Shown here: in pieces, positions 39,720 through 49,296 of the stretch | Position numbering within the stretch: position 1 is the first letter of the stretch | Layout: each line of letters begins with the position of its first letter | From: Desulfobacterales bacterium | GTDB taxonomy: Bacteria > Desulfobacterota > Desulfobacteria > Desulfobacterales > UBA5852 | Direction of reading: 5' to 3' | Length of the DNA: 64,000 nucleotides | Assembly: GCA_963674755.2 (NCBI GenBank) | Contig: CAXXVS010000002.1 | Coordinates: forward strand, 2,528,001 to 2,592,000 | Position numbers and translations under genes: made by a program | Notes under the pieces: generated by a model | Told to the model about the DNA's origin: nothing | The model's database searches: none | The model's input: the letters and a program-made list of their open reading frames with translations, nothing else

Positions 39720-40559
39720 CTAATCCGACGCCGCTACGGGATTGACCAGCTCGCCGATGGCATCGATGCGGCAGGTCACCACATTGCCGGCCGTAAGCGT
39801 GATCGGCGGATCCCGGAAAATGCCGACCCCGGCCGGCGTGCCGGTGGAGATGATGTCCCCTGGCAGGAGCGTGATGTCAGCGCTGATATATTCGAACAGG
39901 TGGGGGATGTCGAAGATCAGATCGCGGGTGTTGCCGGTCTGCATGAGGGTGTCGTCCACCGTGGCGGTCAGTTGCAGGTTGCCGATATCCTCGATTTCGT
40001 CGGGAGTGACCAGCACCGGCCCCAGGGGCGCGAAGGTGTCGAAGGACTTGCCCCGGAACCACTGGCCGTCGCCGAACTGGGCCTCCCGGCCGGAGACGTC
40101 GTTCATGATGGTGTAGCCGGCGATGTAATCCCAGGCGTCTTCCCGACGGATACGTTTGCCTTCGCGGCCCACCACCACGGCCAGCTCCACCTCCCAGTCT
40201 ACCTGGCCGCAACTGCGGGGCAGGACGATGGGGTCGCCGGGGCCGGTGAGCGCACTGGGCGCCTTGGCGAACAGCAGCGGCTTTTCGGGTTCATCGAAAT
40301 TACCCTCCTGGGCGTGCTCCAGGTAGTTCTTGCCCAGGCAGATCAGCTTGGAGGGCCGCGCCACGGGCGTTCCCAGACGCACGTCCATGGGCTGGCCGTC
40401 ATCCGCCAGGCTGCTAATCTTCTTCAGCCAGCCGTCCCGGAAGAAGGTCTCACCGATATCGGGCAGTTCCGGAAAATGCCGGCGCAAATCCACGATGCGG
40501 CCGTCCTTCCACAGGCCGGGCCGTTCCTCCCCTTTATTGCCGAACCGAATCAGTCGCAT
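39720..40559 (-). CDS. Fumarylacetoacetate hydrolase family protein
   Basis: CLGKNY, DWEVEL, NDVSGR, GKSFDTF and STGTPAGVG motifs. Confidence 0.94.
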   Translation of the reverse strand: MRLIRFGNKGEERPGLWKDGRIVDLRRHFPELPDIGETFFRDGWLKKISSLADDGQPMDVRLGTPVARPSKLICLGKNYLEHAQEGNFDEPEKPLLFAKAPSALTGPGDPIVLPRSCGQVDWEVELAVVVGREGKRIRREDAWDYIAGYTIMNDVSGREAQFGDGQWFRGKSFDTFAPLGPVLVTPDEIEDIGNLQLTATVDDTLMQTGNTRDLIFDIPHLFEYISADITLLPGDIISTGTPAGVGIFRDPPITLTAGNVVTCRIDAIGELVNPVAASD

Positions 40560-40564
40560 GGGCT

Positions 40565-41338
40565 TCACTCCTTTGGGCTCTGTCGACGCCCTTCTTCGAG
40601 GCCGTCTTCGTAGTTCTTGCGGGCGTACCAGTCTACCTGGCGGCAAAGTCCTCTGATAATACTCACTTCCCGGGCCCGCAACTGGATGCGGGTAAAAAAA
40701 TGGCGGATATGGCTCAGCCAGTAGTCGGGATTTTCCGGGTTGATGTAAGAGATGCGCACCAGGATGTCCTTGAGCTGGTCGTACATGCGGTCCAGCTCGT
40801 GGCGCGTGGCCAGCCGGGGCGCCGACGGCCCGCCATTCTTGCCGCCGGCCGTGAAAAGGGCGTAGCAGACCACCATCACGGCCTGGGCCAGATTGAGGGA
40901 AGAAAAATCTGCGGTGGGAATATTGATCAGCGCATGACAGAGCCGCAGGTCCTCGTTGGTCAACCCGCGATCTTCGGGGCCGAAGACCAGGGCAATCTCA
41001 TTCTCCCGGGAAATGGGGATCAACCGCTTGGCCATGACCCCGGGTTCGAGCACCACCTGGCGCTGGCCCCCCAGGCGGGCCGTGGTGCCCACCACGTACT
41101 GGCAATCCTGCAGGGCCTCCCCCAGGCTGTCGAAGGCGGCCATGCGGTCCACCACATGGCCGGCGGCATGGGTGGCCATCATGCGGATGCGGTCTTCGGC
41201 CGGATTTTCCGGCTGGACGATGGCCAGCCGGAAAATCCCCATATTGCAGGCCGCCCGGGCCGCCGCCCCGATGTTTTCCGGGTAGCGGGGCCGGTTGAGA
41301 ACAATCCGCACCCGGGCCAGGTCGATGCCGTCGGACAT
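40565..41338 (-). CDS. trmJ: SPOUT RNA methyltransferase, TrmJ/LasT family
   Basis: NIGAAARA..NMG, LVFGPEDRGL and SLNLAQAV motifs. Confidence 0.9.
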   Translation of the reverse strand: MSDGIDLARVRIVLNRPRYPENIGAAARAACNMGIFRLAIVQPENPAEDRIRMMATHAAGHVVDRMAAFDSLGEALQDCQYVVGTTARLGGQRQVVLEPGVMAKRLIPISRENEIALVFGPEDRGLTNEDLRLCHALINIPTADFSSLNLAQAVMVVCYALFTAGGKNGGPSAPRLATRHELDRMYDQLKDILVRISYINPENPDYWLSHIRHFFTRIQLRAREVSIIRGLCRQVDWYARKNYEDGLEEGRRQSPKE

Positions 41339-41754
41339 CAGCCCACGATTTCGAAACTGTTGAAGAAATAACCGATCTCGAAGGCCGCCGTCTCCGGCGC
41401 GTCCGAACCGTGCACCACATTCTTTTCAATGTCCGTGGCAAAATCGGCCCGGATGGTGCCCGGGGCCGCATCCTTGTAGTTGGTGGCGCCCATCAGCTCG
41501 CGGTAGCGGGCGATGGCGTCGTCCCCTTCCAGCACCATGACGACGCAGGGTCCGGAGGACATGAATTCGGTCAGGCTGCCGAAGAAGGGCCGCTCCTTGT
41601 GCACCGCGTAAAAGCCTTCGGCCTGGGGGCGGGTCATATGGATCATTTTCATCGCGGCGATCTTGAGATTGTTGCCCTCCAGCCGGCTAACCACCTCGCC
41701 GATCAGCCCGCGGGCCACGCCGTCCGGTTTCACAATCGATAGGGTTCGTTCCAT
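41338..41754 (-). CDS. ndk: Nucleoside diphosphate kinase
   Basis: [19 protein letters not shown] and NVVHGSD; 138 aa. Confidence 0.97.
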   Translation of the reverse strand: MERTLSIVKPDGVARGLIGEVVSRLEGNNLKIAAMKMIHMTRPQAEGFYAVHKERPFFGSLTEFMSSGPCVVMVLEGDDAIARYRELMGATNYKDAAPGTIRADFATDIEKNVVHGSDAPETAAFEIGYFFNSFEIVG

Positions 41755-41794
41755 TGGGTCCAAGTTCCTTTCCATAGGGTTGAAATTTGCCGCT

Positions 41795-41823
41795 GCCATA
41801 CCAGAAGCCCATGGGCAAGTCAA
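41795..41823 (-). promoter_or_regulatory. Sigma70-type promoter for ndk
   Basis: Minus strand reads TTGACT-N17-TATGGC with a TG extended -10. Confidence 0.5.
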
Positions 41824-41895
41824 CGCGGCAGGCAGGCTGTCATAAAATGGACAACGGCAGAACAACGAGTGTGATGATGGGCCGTTCGCATCAGC

Positions 41896-42264
41896 GTGAG
41901 TCTCCTTCCGCATGGCAGAAGGTCTTTGGCAGCTCCATTGAAGGCATTTTAAAATACGGTTTTTAAGGTTTTGGTTTTGAATTTCCCTTTGTCCCGCGCC
42001 GAGCATCGGCGATGCGGCCGGATTAAAGCGCGCGGACTGTCTGAGTCCCGCCGTAGCCTTGGCGAAGGCGGGGCGAGTTTCCGCGTGCTCCGGCTGTGTC
42101 GACGACGCGCAGGAAGAAGCGGGACACGGGCGTCTGAAGCCTGTCACGCCGCGGCGTGATTGGTTACTTTTCTGCCACGCGGAAGAAAAGTAACAACGGC
42201 AGAAAAACCGAATCGATAAAACCTCTCCGGGTACTTCACTCTACCAGTAATGGAGGCATTAGAT
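41896..42264 (+). repeat. Structured repeat family A, copy 3
   Basis: Same conserved blocks as copy 1, with different apical hairpin modules. Confidence 0.88.
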
Positions 42265-42870
42265 TAAAGATAGATGCGACATAAGGGCGCGGGACATGTA
42301 TTCCCCCACATCGGCCAAAGCGTCCGTGGGCAGAAAGCGATGGGCATTGTTGGAAAAAAGGCAGGTCACATTGGCGGGAAAGTCTTCATCCGGCAGATAA
42401 AAATGGTAGCAGAGCATGATCTTGGGCAGGGGCGCCACGATCAGCGACCAGTCCCCGGGACTGTCGTCCCCGGCCGGACACGCCTGGAACGCTTCGGCAA
42501 TGGCGGCCTGCTGCTGGTGGAGCGCCGGCACATGGGGCACCAGAATCCGCTCGGTGTGGGCGCGGAAGGCGCCTACATAGGGTGCGCTGTCCGGAAACTC
42601 GCGGAAGGCCCGCCAAGGCATTTCGACAACCATGTCCGGCACCGCATGGCGCGCCAGCAGCGCCACGATGATCCCCCGCGGCCCCCATTCGGCTTGTCCG
42701 CCGAGGAAGATCCCGGCCGGTGAGATACGGCAGGGTTGGCCGAAGGCCGTCATGTCAAAGGCGTCCTGGGAGGCGGCGACACCGGGATAGGAAGCCAGGA
42801 CACCGGTATCCCCCTGGAACAGCGCTCCAAGGTGACCGCGGATAAGGCCGGCATAAGCGGATTCGTTCAT
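42259..42870 (-). CDS. DUF3786 domain protein
   Basis: WRAFREFP, GDWSL...PLPKI, DEDFPA...CLF and FLPTDALAD motifs. Confidence 0.85.
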   Translation of the reverse strand: MNESAYAGLIRGHLGALFQGDTGVLASYPGVAASQDAFDMTAFGQPCRISPAGIFLGGQAEWGPRGIIVALLARHAVPDMVVEMPWRAFREFPDSAPYVGAFRAHTERILVPHVPALHQQQAAIAEAFQACPAGDDSPGDWSLIVAPLPKIMLCYHFYLPDEDFPANVTCLFSNNAHRFLPTDALADVGEYMSRALMSHLSLI

Positions 42871-43017
42871 GGCAGGATTCCCTTATCGGTATGAGGGGCG
42901 GCATTCCGCCCAGAGGCGCACACCCGCGCCTTATTTCATCATACGAAAACGCACCCTATCGTTTGGGACGGCTCAGGGTCAAGCCGCCCGCCGCAACACT
43001 GCCCACCCCAGGAGTCG

Positions 43018-43046
43018 TTGACTGAAAACAAACCGCGCGGTATATG
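43018..43046 (+). promoter_or_regulatory. Sigma70-type promoter
   Basis: TTGACT-N17-TATATG upstream of the GNAT gene. Confidence 0.5.
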
Positions 43047-43239
43047 AGCATAGAAACAATACGAAATCCGCCCAATTTGCACGACCAGCACCATCATTAC
43101 CCTACCCCCAGCCGGCACGATAAAAATTTAGACGAACAGTGCGCCATCCTTCAGGATGGCCATATCTAAAAACAGGAACGCCGAAGATCATGGGCGTCCC
43201 TCTGACGGCCCCCAAGAACAGAAAAGAGACGGAAGCAAT

Positions 43240-43734
43240 ATGGTTGTTAAATACGCCCATCTGAATGACTTTGTGCAATGGCTTGCCCTTGCAAGGGAAG
43301 TGGAGCCTTTGTTCGGTCCCATGATAAAAAACGATGGCTTCAAGTCCGCTTTGATGGATGCCATCTCCAACCAAACCGCCCTGTGTATTTCTTCGGCAGA
43401 GGGCTCCGCATTGGCGGGCGGCATCGTTATTTCAAAGAATTCGAATGAAATCATGTGGCTGGCTGTTTCCGAAGCCGACCGCGGAAAAGGATTCGGTCGG
43501 CAATTGGTCGCATTGGCCCTGAATGCTTTGGACACAACCAGAGACATTGTTGTCCAGACCTTTGACCGTGCAGTGGAAGAAGGTCAAGCGGCGCGAAAAT
43601 TATATGCGGTTTTTGGGTTCATTGACGACCAGGATGGTGGATTGAATCCCGCAGGCATTCCCACCGTTATCATGAAACGCCCTGGCGCGAAGCCGACAGC
43701 GACGAAATCATCCAACGCCCATCGACTGCGTTAG
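43240..43734 (+). CDS. GNAT family N-acetyltransferase
   Basis: WLAVSEADRGKGFG and ARKLYAVFGF motifs; start 43240 or 43156. Confidence 0.9.
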   Translation: MVVKYAHLNDFVQWLALAREVEPLFGPMIKNDGFKSALMDAISNQTALCISSAEGSALAGGIVISKNSNEIMWLAVSEADRGKGFGRQLVALALNALDTTRDIVVQTFDRAVEEGQAARKLYAVFGFIDDQDGGLNPAGIPTVIMKRPGAKPTATKSSNAHRLR

Positions 43735-43899
43735 AAAAAGCCGGCCAACCCATTCAAAGCCCCTTTCCTTCCCGGACCCCCGAAATCGCATTTTCTCCCT
43801 TGCTATCCGTCTGGATTTCTGAGATGGCTATGTGCATATTACCAATATAGCTGATATTTTGGGAAAAATTACGTCTAAATCCTTGCCAGGTGAGGCAAA

Positions 43900-45891
43900 A
43901 TGACCACCAAGCCAACCGATGAAGGTTTGGAAAAGGCGATCAAGGACCTGGCGTCCAAAAATGCCGCGCTTACCGCCAGGGTTAAATCGCTTACCGAAGA
44001 TAACCTGAGGTATCGGAGCCTTTTCGATCGAGCCATCGATTCCATTTTCACTTTGGAGGACTATGCGTTTCTCGAATGCAACCAAATGACGCTGGCGATG
44101 TTTGGATGTAATCGCGTCAACGATATCCTGGGATCCCACCCCTGGGATTTTTCTCCGCCCCACCAGCCTGATGGACGCCCGTCAAAGGAAAAAGCTATTG
44201 AATTGATCGAAGCCACTTTAGGTGGAAAACCCCAGAAATTCTTCTGGCGGCACTGCCAGAAAAATGGCCGGAAATTCGATGCGGAAGTATCCTTGAATCT
44301 TTTGGAAACGACGGGGAAGCAGCTGGTGCAGGCGATCGTGCGGGAGACCACCGAGATTAATCTGGCAAGGGAGGCCCTGCGCGCGCGGGATGAGGAATAT
44401 CTTACCCTTTTCGACATGGTTTCGGATGCGCTTGGCTTGATTGACATCGAAACCGGGCAAATGCTCGATGTCAATCAAGCCTTTGTCGAACTGTATGGCT
44501 ACAGCAAATCGGAAGTGCTCCGGATGAAGAACACCGATTTTTCAGCGGAGCCGGACAAAACCGCCGAAGCTACCCGGTTGCGAGGCGCATATATCCCCAT
44601 CAGGTGGCACAAGAAGAAGGATGGAACCGTATTCCCCACGGAAATTTCCGCCCGGATTTTGAAATATGAAGGGCGGGATGTCCACATGGCCGCCATCAGG
44701 GATATTACCGAGCGTTACAGATATGAAGCCCAGCATCGTCGATCACAGAAGATGGAATCTCTGGGCCTTCTGGCCGGAGGTGTTGCCCATGACCTCAACA
44801 ATGTCCTCTCCGGACTGGTAAGCTATCCTGAATTGTTGCTGCTGGACCTGCCGGCGGACAGCCCGCTCCGAAACCCCATCGAAACTATCCAGGAATCCGG
44901 GAAAAGAGCGACCGCCATCGTAGAGGACCTGCTGACCATTGCCCGTGGCGTCGCCATCACTAGAGGACCTCTTCGTCTGAACGACGTTATAAAAGAATAT
45001 TTGGCCTCCCCTGAATTTAAAAAACTCCTCCAATTCCATCCCGATGTTACGGTCAGGACCAAATTGGATCCCGACCTGATGAACATTTCAGCCTCCCAGG
45101 TTCATATCCGCAAAGCGCTGATGAATTTATTGTCAAACGCCGCGGAAGCCATTGAGGGAAGCGGTACCGTAACCATTTCGACATCAAACCGCTACATCGA
45201 TATGGAGGTGGATCGTTATGCAAAACTGACGGAAAACGACTATGTGGTTTTGTCGATTACCGATGAGGGCCCGGGAATTTCACCCGGGGAATTAGAACGG
45301 ATTTTCGAACCGTTTTTCACCAAGAAAGTCATGGGCCGAAGCGGCACCGGCCTCGGATTGGCCGTGGTATGGAATGTGGTGCAAGATCATGGCGGAACCA
45401 TCGAGGTGACATCGGACAATACCGGAACGACGTTCCAGCTGTACTTCCCGATAACCAAAGATGCCGTTTTAGACAGCGCTTCAGCCAAGCCCCTTGCCAT
45501 GTACCAGGGCAAGGGGGAAACCGTATTGGTTGTCGATGACGTGGGACCCCAAAGGGAAATCGCCTGTAAGCTTTTGCAGCGATTAGGCTATGACGCTAGG
45601 GCCGTATCCAGCGGCGAGGAGGCGGTCGAATTCCTGAAGCACGCTTCGGTGGATCTGGTCCTGCTCGACATGATTATGGAACCCGGCCTGAACGGGTTGG
45701 AAACCTACGCCAAAATCACCGCCCTGCATCCCAAACAAAAGGCTATCCTGGTGAGCGGTTTTGCACAAACCGACGAAGTCAGGAAGGCGCAGCGCTTAGG
45801 GGCAGGCCAATTCATTAAGAAGCCCTACACATTAGAAAAAATTGGGCTGGCGATCAGAGATGAATTGCGTGAACAACGGGAACCGAACTAA
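43900..45891 (+). CDS. Hybrid sensor histidine kinase/response regulator with two PAS domains
   Basis: AHDLNN H-box, N/G1/F/G2 boxes and a receiver domain (VVDD, LLDMIM, KP). Confidence 0.95.
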   Translation: MTTKPTDEGLEKAIKDLASKNAALTARVKSLTEDNLRYRSLFDRAIDSIFTLEDYAFLECNQMTLAMFGCNRVNDILGSHPWDFSPPHQPDGRPSKEKAIELIEATLGGKPQKFFWRHCQKNGRKFDAEVSLNLLETTGKQLVQAIVRETTEINLAREALRARDEEYLTLFDMVSDALGLIDIETGQMLDVNQAFVELYGYSKSEVLRMKNTDFSAEPDKTAEATRLRGAYIPIRWHKKKDGTVFPTEISARILKYEGRDVHMAAIRDITERYRYEAQHRRSQKMESLGLLAGGVAHDLNNVLSGLVSYPELLLLDLPADSPLRNPIETIQESGKRATAIVEDLLTIARGVAITRGPLRLNDVIKEYLASPEFKKLLQFHPDVTVRTKLDPDLMNISASQVHIRKALMNLLSNAAEAIEGSGTVTISTSNRYIDMEVDRYAKLTENDYVVLSITDEGPGISPGELERIFEPFFTKKVMGRSGTGLGLAVVWNVVQDHGGTIEVTSDNTGTTFQLYFPITKDAVLDSASAKPLAMYQGKGETVLVVDDVGPQREIACKLLQRLGYDARAVSSGEEAVEFLKHASVDLVLLDMIMEPGLNGLETYAKITALHPKQKAILVSGFAQTDEVRKAQRLGAGQFIKKPYTLEKIGLAIRDELREQREPN

Positions 45892-46103
45892 AACCGCAGC
45901 CCTTTGTTCAAACCATCTCTGAATTTCCACCGAAATTCCCCTCGCGTAAAGCAAGGTCAAACATCCGGAACCCGAATTTTCGCCATTTCAAACCATAGTG
46001 GCCCCATTCGCAAATAACGGCCAGCGGATTGACAGCCAAGCGACACTATGGTTATTTTTGCGACCCGTACCCGCATCGATGAACCATTCGCAGGAGAGGA
46101 CGC

Positions 46104-46598
46104 ATGCCCATTTACGAGTTCTATTGTGACCGCTGCCACACCATCTTCAACTTCTTTTCCCGCACGGTCAATACCACCAAGACCCCCGACTGCCCCAAAT
46201 GTAAAAAGAACAAACTCTCCCGCCAGGTCTCCATGTTCGCCGTCACCGGACGCGCCAAGGAGGACGGGGATGCGGACGACCTGCCCTTTGACGAGAGCCA
46301 GATGGAAAAAGCCATGCAGATGCTGGCCGGCGAAGCGGACAAGATCAATGAGGACGACCCCCGCCAGGCCGCGCAGTTGATGCGCAAGCTTTCCAATATG
46401 ACCGGCATGGAGTTGGGCGACGGCATGCAGGAAGCCCTGAGCCGTATGGAACAGGGGGAGGACCCCGAAAAGATCGAGGCTGAAATGGGCGATCTCCTGG
46501 AAGGCGAAGACCCCTTCATCCTGAAAAATAAAAAGGCCCGCCTGGCCGCCGCCAGACAGCGCGCCCCGTTTCGCGATGAAACCCTCTACGACTTATAG
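46104..46598 (+). CDS. FmdB family zinc-ribbon protein
   Basis: MPIYEFYCDRC...CPKC. Confidence 0.9.
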   Translation: MPIYEFYCDRCHTIFNFFSRTVNTTKTPDCPKCKKNKLSRQVSMFAVTGRAKEDGDADDLPFDESQMEKAMQMLAGEADKINEDDPRQAAQLMRKLSNMTGMELGDGMQEALSRMEQGEDPEKIEAEMGDLLEGEDPFILKNKKARLAAARQRAPFRDETLYDL

Positions 46599-46625
46599 GC
46601 CGATCGGTCCGCCGCCATTGACAGC

Positions 46626-46913
46626 GTGAGTCTTATCCCGCATAGCAATAAGCGTCAGGGAACCCCCCTTTTATAAGTAAAGGGATTAAAAACAGTCTGT
46701 TAGCCTTTGGTTTTAAGATTTCTCTTTGTCCCGCACCGAGCATCGGCGACGCGCAGGATGAGGCGGGACACGGGCGTTTGAAGCCTGTCACGCCGAGGCG
46801 TGATTGCTTCGTTTTCTTCCACGTGGAAGAAAATGAAGGTTCCAATTGATGTAATTGCATGCAGGATCGGTAGAACCTATCCGGGTCCTCCACTAGAGGT
46901 AAGGGGCTTAGAT
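46626..46913 (+). repeat. Structured repeat family A, copy 4 (inner stem deleted)
   Basis: Conserved left block, GAGCATCGGCGACGCGCAGG junction and conserved right block. Confidence 0.88.
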
Positions 46914-46935
46914 CAAAACCAAGGGGAATAATGCC

Positions 46936-47460
46936 ATGGACAAACGCTTGCTTGAACGCATCGGGATCCAACAGGGCGACATCACCCGCCTGGAGGTGGA
47001 CGCCATCGTCAATGCCGCCAACACCCGCCTGCTGGGGGGCGGCGGGGTGGACGGGGCCATTCACCGGGCGGCCGGTCCGGAGCTGCTGGCAGAATGCCGT
47101 GGCCTCGGGGGCTGCCCCACCGGGGAGGCCCGTCTCACCAAGGGCTATCGCCTGCCGGCACGCTATGTCATTCATACCGTGGGGCCGGTTTACCGGGGCC
47201 GCCCGGAGGATCCCCGCCTGCTGGAAAGCTGCTATGTCAACACCCTGAAGCTGGCCGCCGGACGCCAGCTTGAGAGCATCGCCTTTCCGGCCATCAGCTG
47301 CGGGGTGTACGGCTACCCGCTGGAAGCGGCCTGCAAGATCGCGGTGGACACGACCCTGGCCTTTCTGGCCAACCACCCCGGCCTCCAACGGGTCGTGTTC
47401 GTCCTGTTTTCGGACAGCGACCGGCGCGTTTACGAGGACTATCTCAAAAGCCTGGCCTGA
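46936..47460 (+). CDS. Macro domain O-acetyl-ADP-ribose deacetylase (YmdB-like)
   Basis: [20 protein letters not shown] and [13 protein letters not shown] motifs. Confidence 0.95.
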   Translation: MDKRLLERIGIQQGDITRLEVDAIVNAANTRLLGGGGVDGAIHRAAGPELLAECRGLGGCPTGEARLTKGYRLPARYVIHTVGPVYRGRPEDPRLLESCYVNTLKLAAGRQLESIAFPAISCGVYGYPLEAACKIAVDTTLAFLANHPGLQRVVFVLFSDSDRRVYEDYLKSLA

Positions 47461-47528
47461 AACCACGGCCGGCTCGTCTTTAGCCTCATTTTTCGCTGCT
47501 CCACACGGACGCGAATCGCAATTTTTCA

Positions 47529-47556
47529 TTGACAATCAAGGGAAAACCATTAAGTT
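47529..47556 (+). promoter_or_regulatory. Sigma70-type promoter
   Basis: TTGACA-N16-TAAGTT upstream of the HesB-like gene. Confidence 0.5.
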
Positions 47557-47637
47557 GGGCGCAAATTGCAAACGCCCTGACCCAATTGGTCGGGGGGCGG
47601 GCCCGACAGCCCGCATCAACCAAGGAGGATTACACGC

Positions 47638-47958
47638 ATGATTGAAGTCACCCCGGCAGCAACCGAGCAGGTTGCTGAGTATTTTAAAGGCAAAGAGGCC
47701 TCCCCCATTCGGGTTTTTCTTAATTCCGGCGGCTGAGGCGGCCCCTCTCTGGCATTGGCTCTGGATGAGCCAAAAGACAGCGACCAGGTCTTCGACGTCG
47801 ACGGATTCCAGTACATCGTGGACAAGGATTTCATCGAGAAGGTCAAACCCATCAAGGTAGATTTCGTGGATATCGGTTTCCGCTTGTCATGCGCCGTGGA
47901 TTTCAGCGCGGGCGGCAGCTCCTGTTCGGGATGCGGATCATCCGGCACCTGCGGATAA
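47638..47958 (+). CDS. HesB/IscA-like selenoprotein (Sec at codon 33)
   Basis: SD AAGGAGG and ATG 47638; reads PIRVFLNSGG-TGA(47734)-GGPSLALALDE and continues in frame to CSGC...CG. Confidence 0.9.
47755..47773 (+). promoter_or_regulatory. Putative bacterial SECIS hairpin
   Basis: TTGGCTC-TGGAT-GAGCCAA: a 7-bp stem with a G-containing loop 25 nt after the TGA. Confidence 0.6.
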
Positions 47959-47978
47959 CTATCGACCCAAGGTCATCG

Positions 47979-48009
47979 AAGGCAGCGCCCAACAGCGCTG
48001 CCTTTTTTT
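47979..48009 (+). terminator. Rho-independent terminator
   Basis: GGCAGCGC-ccaaca-GCGCTGCC followed by seven T. Confidence 0.85.
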
Positions 48010-48070
48010 ATGCCGTATTGACGGGGCATCATCATGATGGTAACTCAGCCGTTAAGTTTTCACTTAAATA

Positions 48071-48267
48071 GTATCCATCCAGAAATGGCATCTTTTGACC
48101 CCTGGCGGCGTTCTCGCCTCCTGTCGGTCCTCGGCGTAGCCGGGCTACGCCTGCGGGCGCCCGTCGGCTGCGGTTTGTTGAACACCGTTGTGTTCAAAGA
48201 TCAGATGTGAAATCCCGCGCTGTGCGGCGGGACCAAAAACCAAAACCTACCACCTCTGGATGGGTAC
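48071..48267. mobile_element. MITE-like element, family B copy 3
   Basis: Inverted repeats GTATCCATCCAGAAATGG / CCACCTCTGGATGGGTAC; interior is the reverse-orientation homolog of copy 2. Confidence 0.78.
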
Positions 48268-48367
48268 TGAATAGCATCCCGTTCAAATCTGACGGATTAC
48301 TATCGGTCTAAGAAACCGGTGGCAAAGGCAACAGGCTTATTCAACGACCCGCAGGAGGAAATGAGGC

Positions 48368-49084
48368 ATGGCCAAGATTGACTACACCCTGGACGAATCC
48401 GTTGCCGTGGTGGCATTGAATGACGGCGAAAACCGTTTCAATCCGAATTTTCTGAACGCTTATTTGGCGGTTCTGGACGAGATCGAGCAGCAGACCGAGG
48501 CCCGCACCCTGGTGGTCCATTCCACCCATGCCAAGATCTTCAGCAACGGCATCGATCTGGAGTGGCTGGTGCCTGTCATCCAAAAAGGTGATATCCCGGC
48601 CGCCAAGGACTTTTTCTTTCTGCTCAACAAACTCCTGCTACGTCTGGTGACCTACCCGGCCGTCACCATCGCGGCCATCACCGGCCATGCCTTTGCCGGG
48701 GGCGCCATCATGGCCTGCACTTTCGATTTTCGCCTGATGCGCTCCGACCGGGGGTTTCTCTGCCTCCCGGAAGTCGATCTGGGCATCCCCTTCCTGCCTG
48801 GCATGAACGCCATCCTGGCCAAGGCCATCCCCCACTACAAGCTGGAGGAAATGCAGTATACCGGCTGCCGCCTGACCGCGGAAGATTGTGAGCGGCACCA
48901 TATCATCCGCAAGGCCTGCCACATCTCCGACCTGCTCGATGAGACCCTGACCTTCGCCCGCAGCCTCAACAAGAAGCGGGCCATCGTGCAGGAAATGAAA
49001 ATGCGGCTGAACCGCCCGATCATCCAGGCCATTGAAGTGGAAGACATCCCCTATATCGAATCCGGAAAATATAATATAGGCTGA
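48368..49084 (+). CDS. Enoyl-CoA hydratase/isomerase family protein
   Basis: FSNGIDL, GHAFAGG and LPEVDLG motifs. Confidence 0.92.
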   Translation: MAKIDYTLDESVAVVALNDGENRFNPNFLNAYLAVLDEIEQQTEARTLVVHSTHAKIFSNGIDLEWLVPVIQKGDIPAAKDFFFLLNKLLLRLVTYPAVTIAAITGHAFAGGAIMACTFDFRLMRSDRGFLCLPEVDLGIPFLPGMNAILAKAIPHYKLEEMQYTGCRLTAEDCERHHIIRKACHISDLLDETLTFARSLNKKRAIVQEMKMRLNRPIIQAIEVEDIPYIESGKYNIG

Positions 49085-49125
49085 TGGCGCGGCACGCCGT
49101 TGCCGGGCAGCCCGGGAGAGCCTCC

Positions 49126-49296
49126 ATGGAATTTGTCATCACCGGCGCCATTGCCGCCGCGGCGGGAATCGCCGGCTTTTTTATCTTGCGACGCACCCGG
49201 CCGGCCAACCCGCCGAAAGTCGAATTTGTCTGCCGGAACTGCGGCGAAAAGCATTGCGAGTGTGAGAACAAGCCTGGAGAGCGGCCCCAAGCTTAA
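49126..49296 (+). CDS. Small membrane-anchored Cys-rich protein (56 aa)
   Basis: SD GGAG, a TM helix, then FVCRNCGEKHCEC. Confidence 0.65.
   Translation: MEFVITGAIAAAAGIAGFFILRRTRPANPPKVEFVCRNCGEKHCECENKPGERPQA

Noticed and set aside
41755..42147. N-terminal extension of ndk, and ORF 46633-47535
   Set aside because: These are read-throughs of family A repeat DNA; the same PCPASSCAS peptide appears in both.
46936..47460. Macro domain gene as an antiphage or toxin-antitoxin component
   Set aside because: It is a canonical YmdB-type protein with no ADP-ribosyltransferase or sirtuin neighbour.
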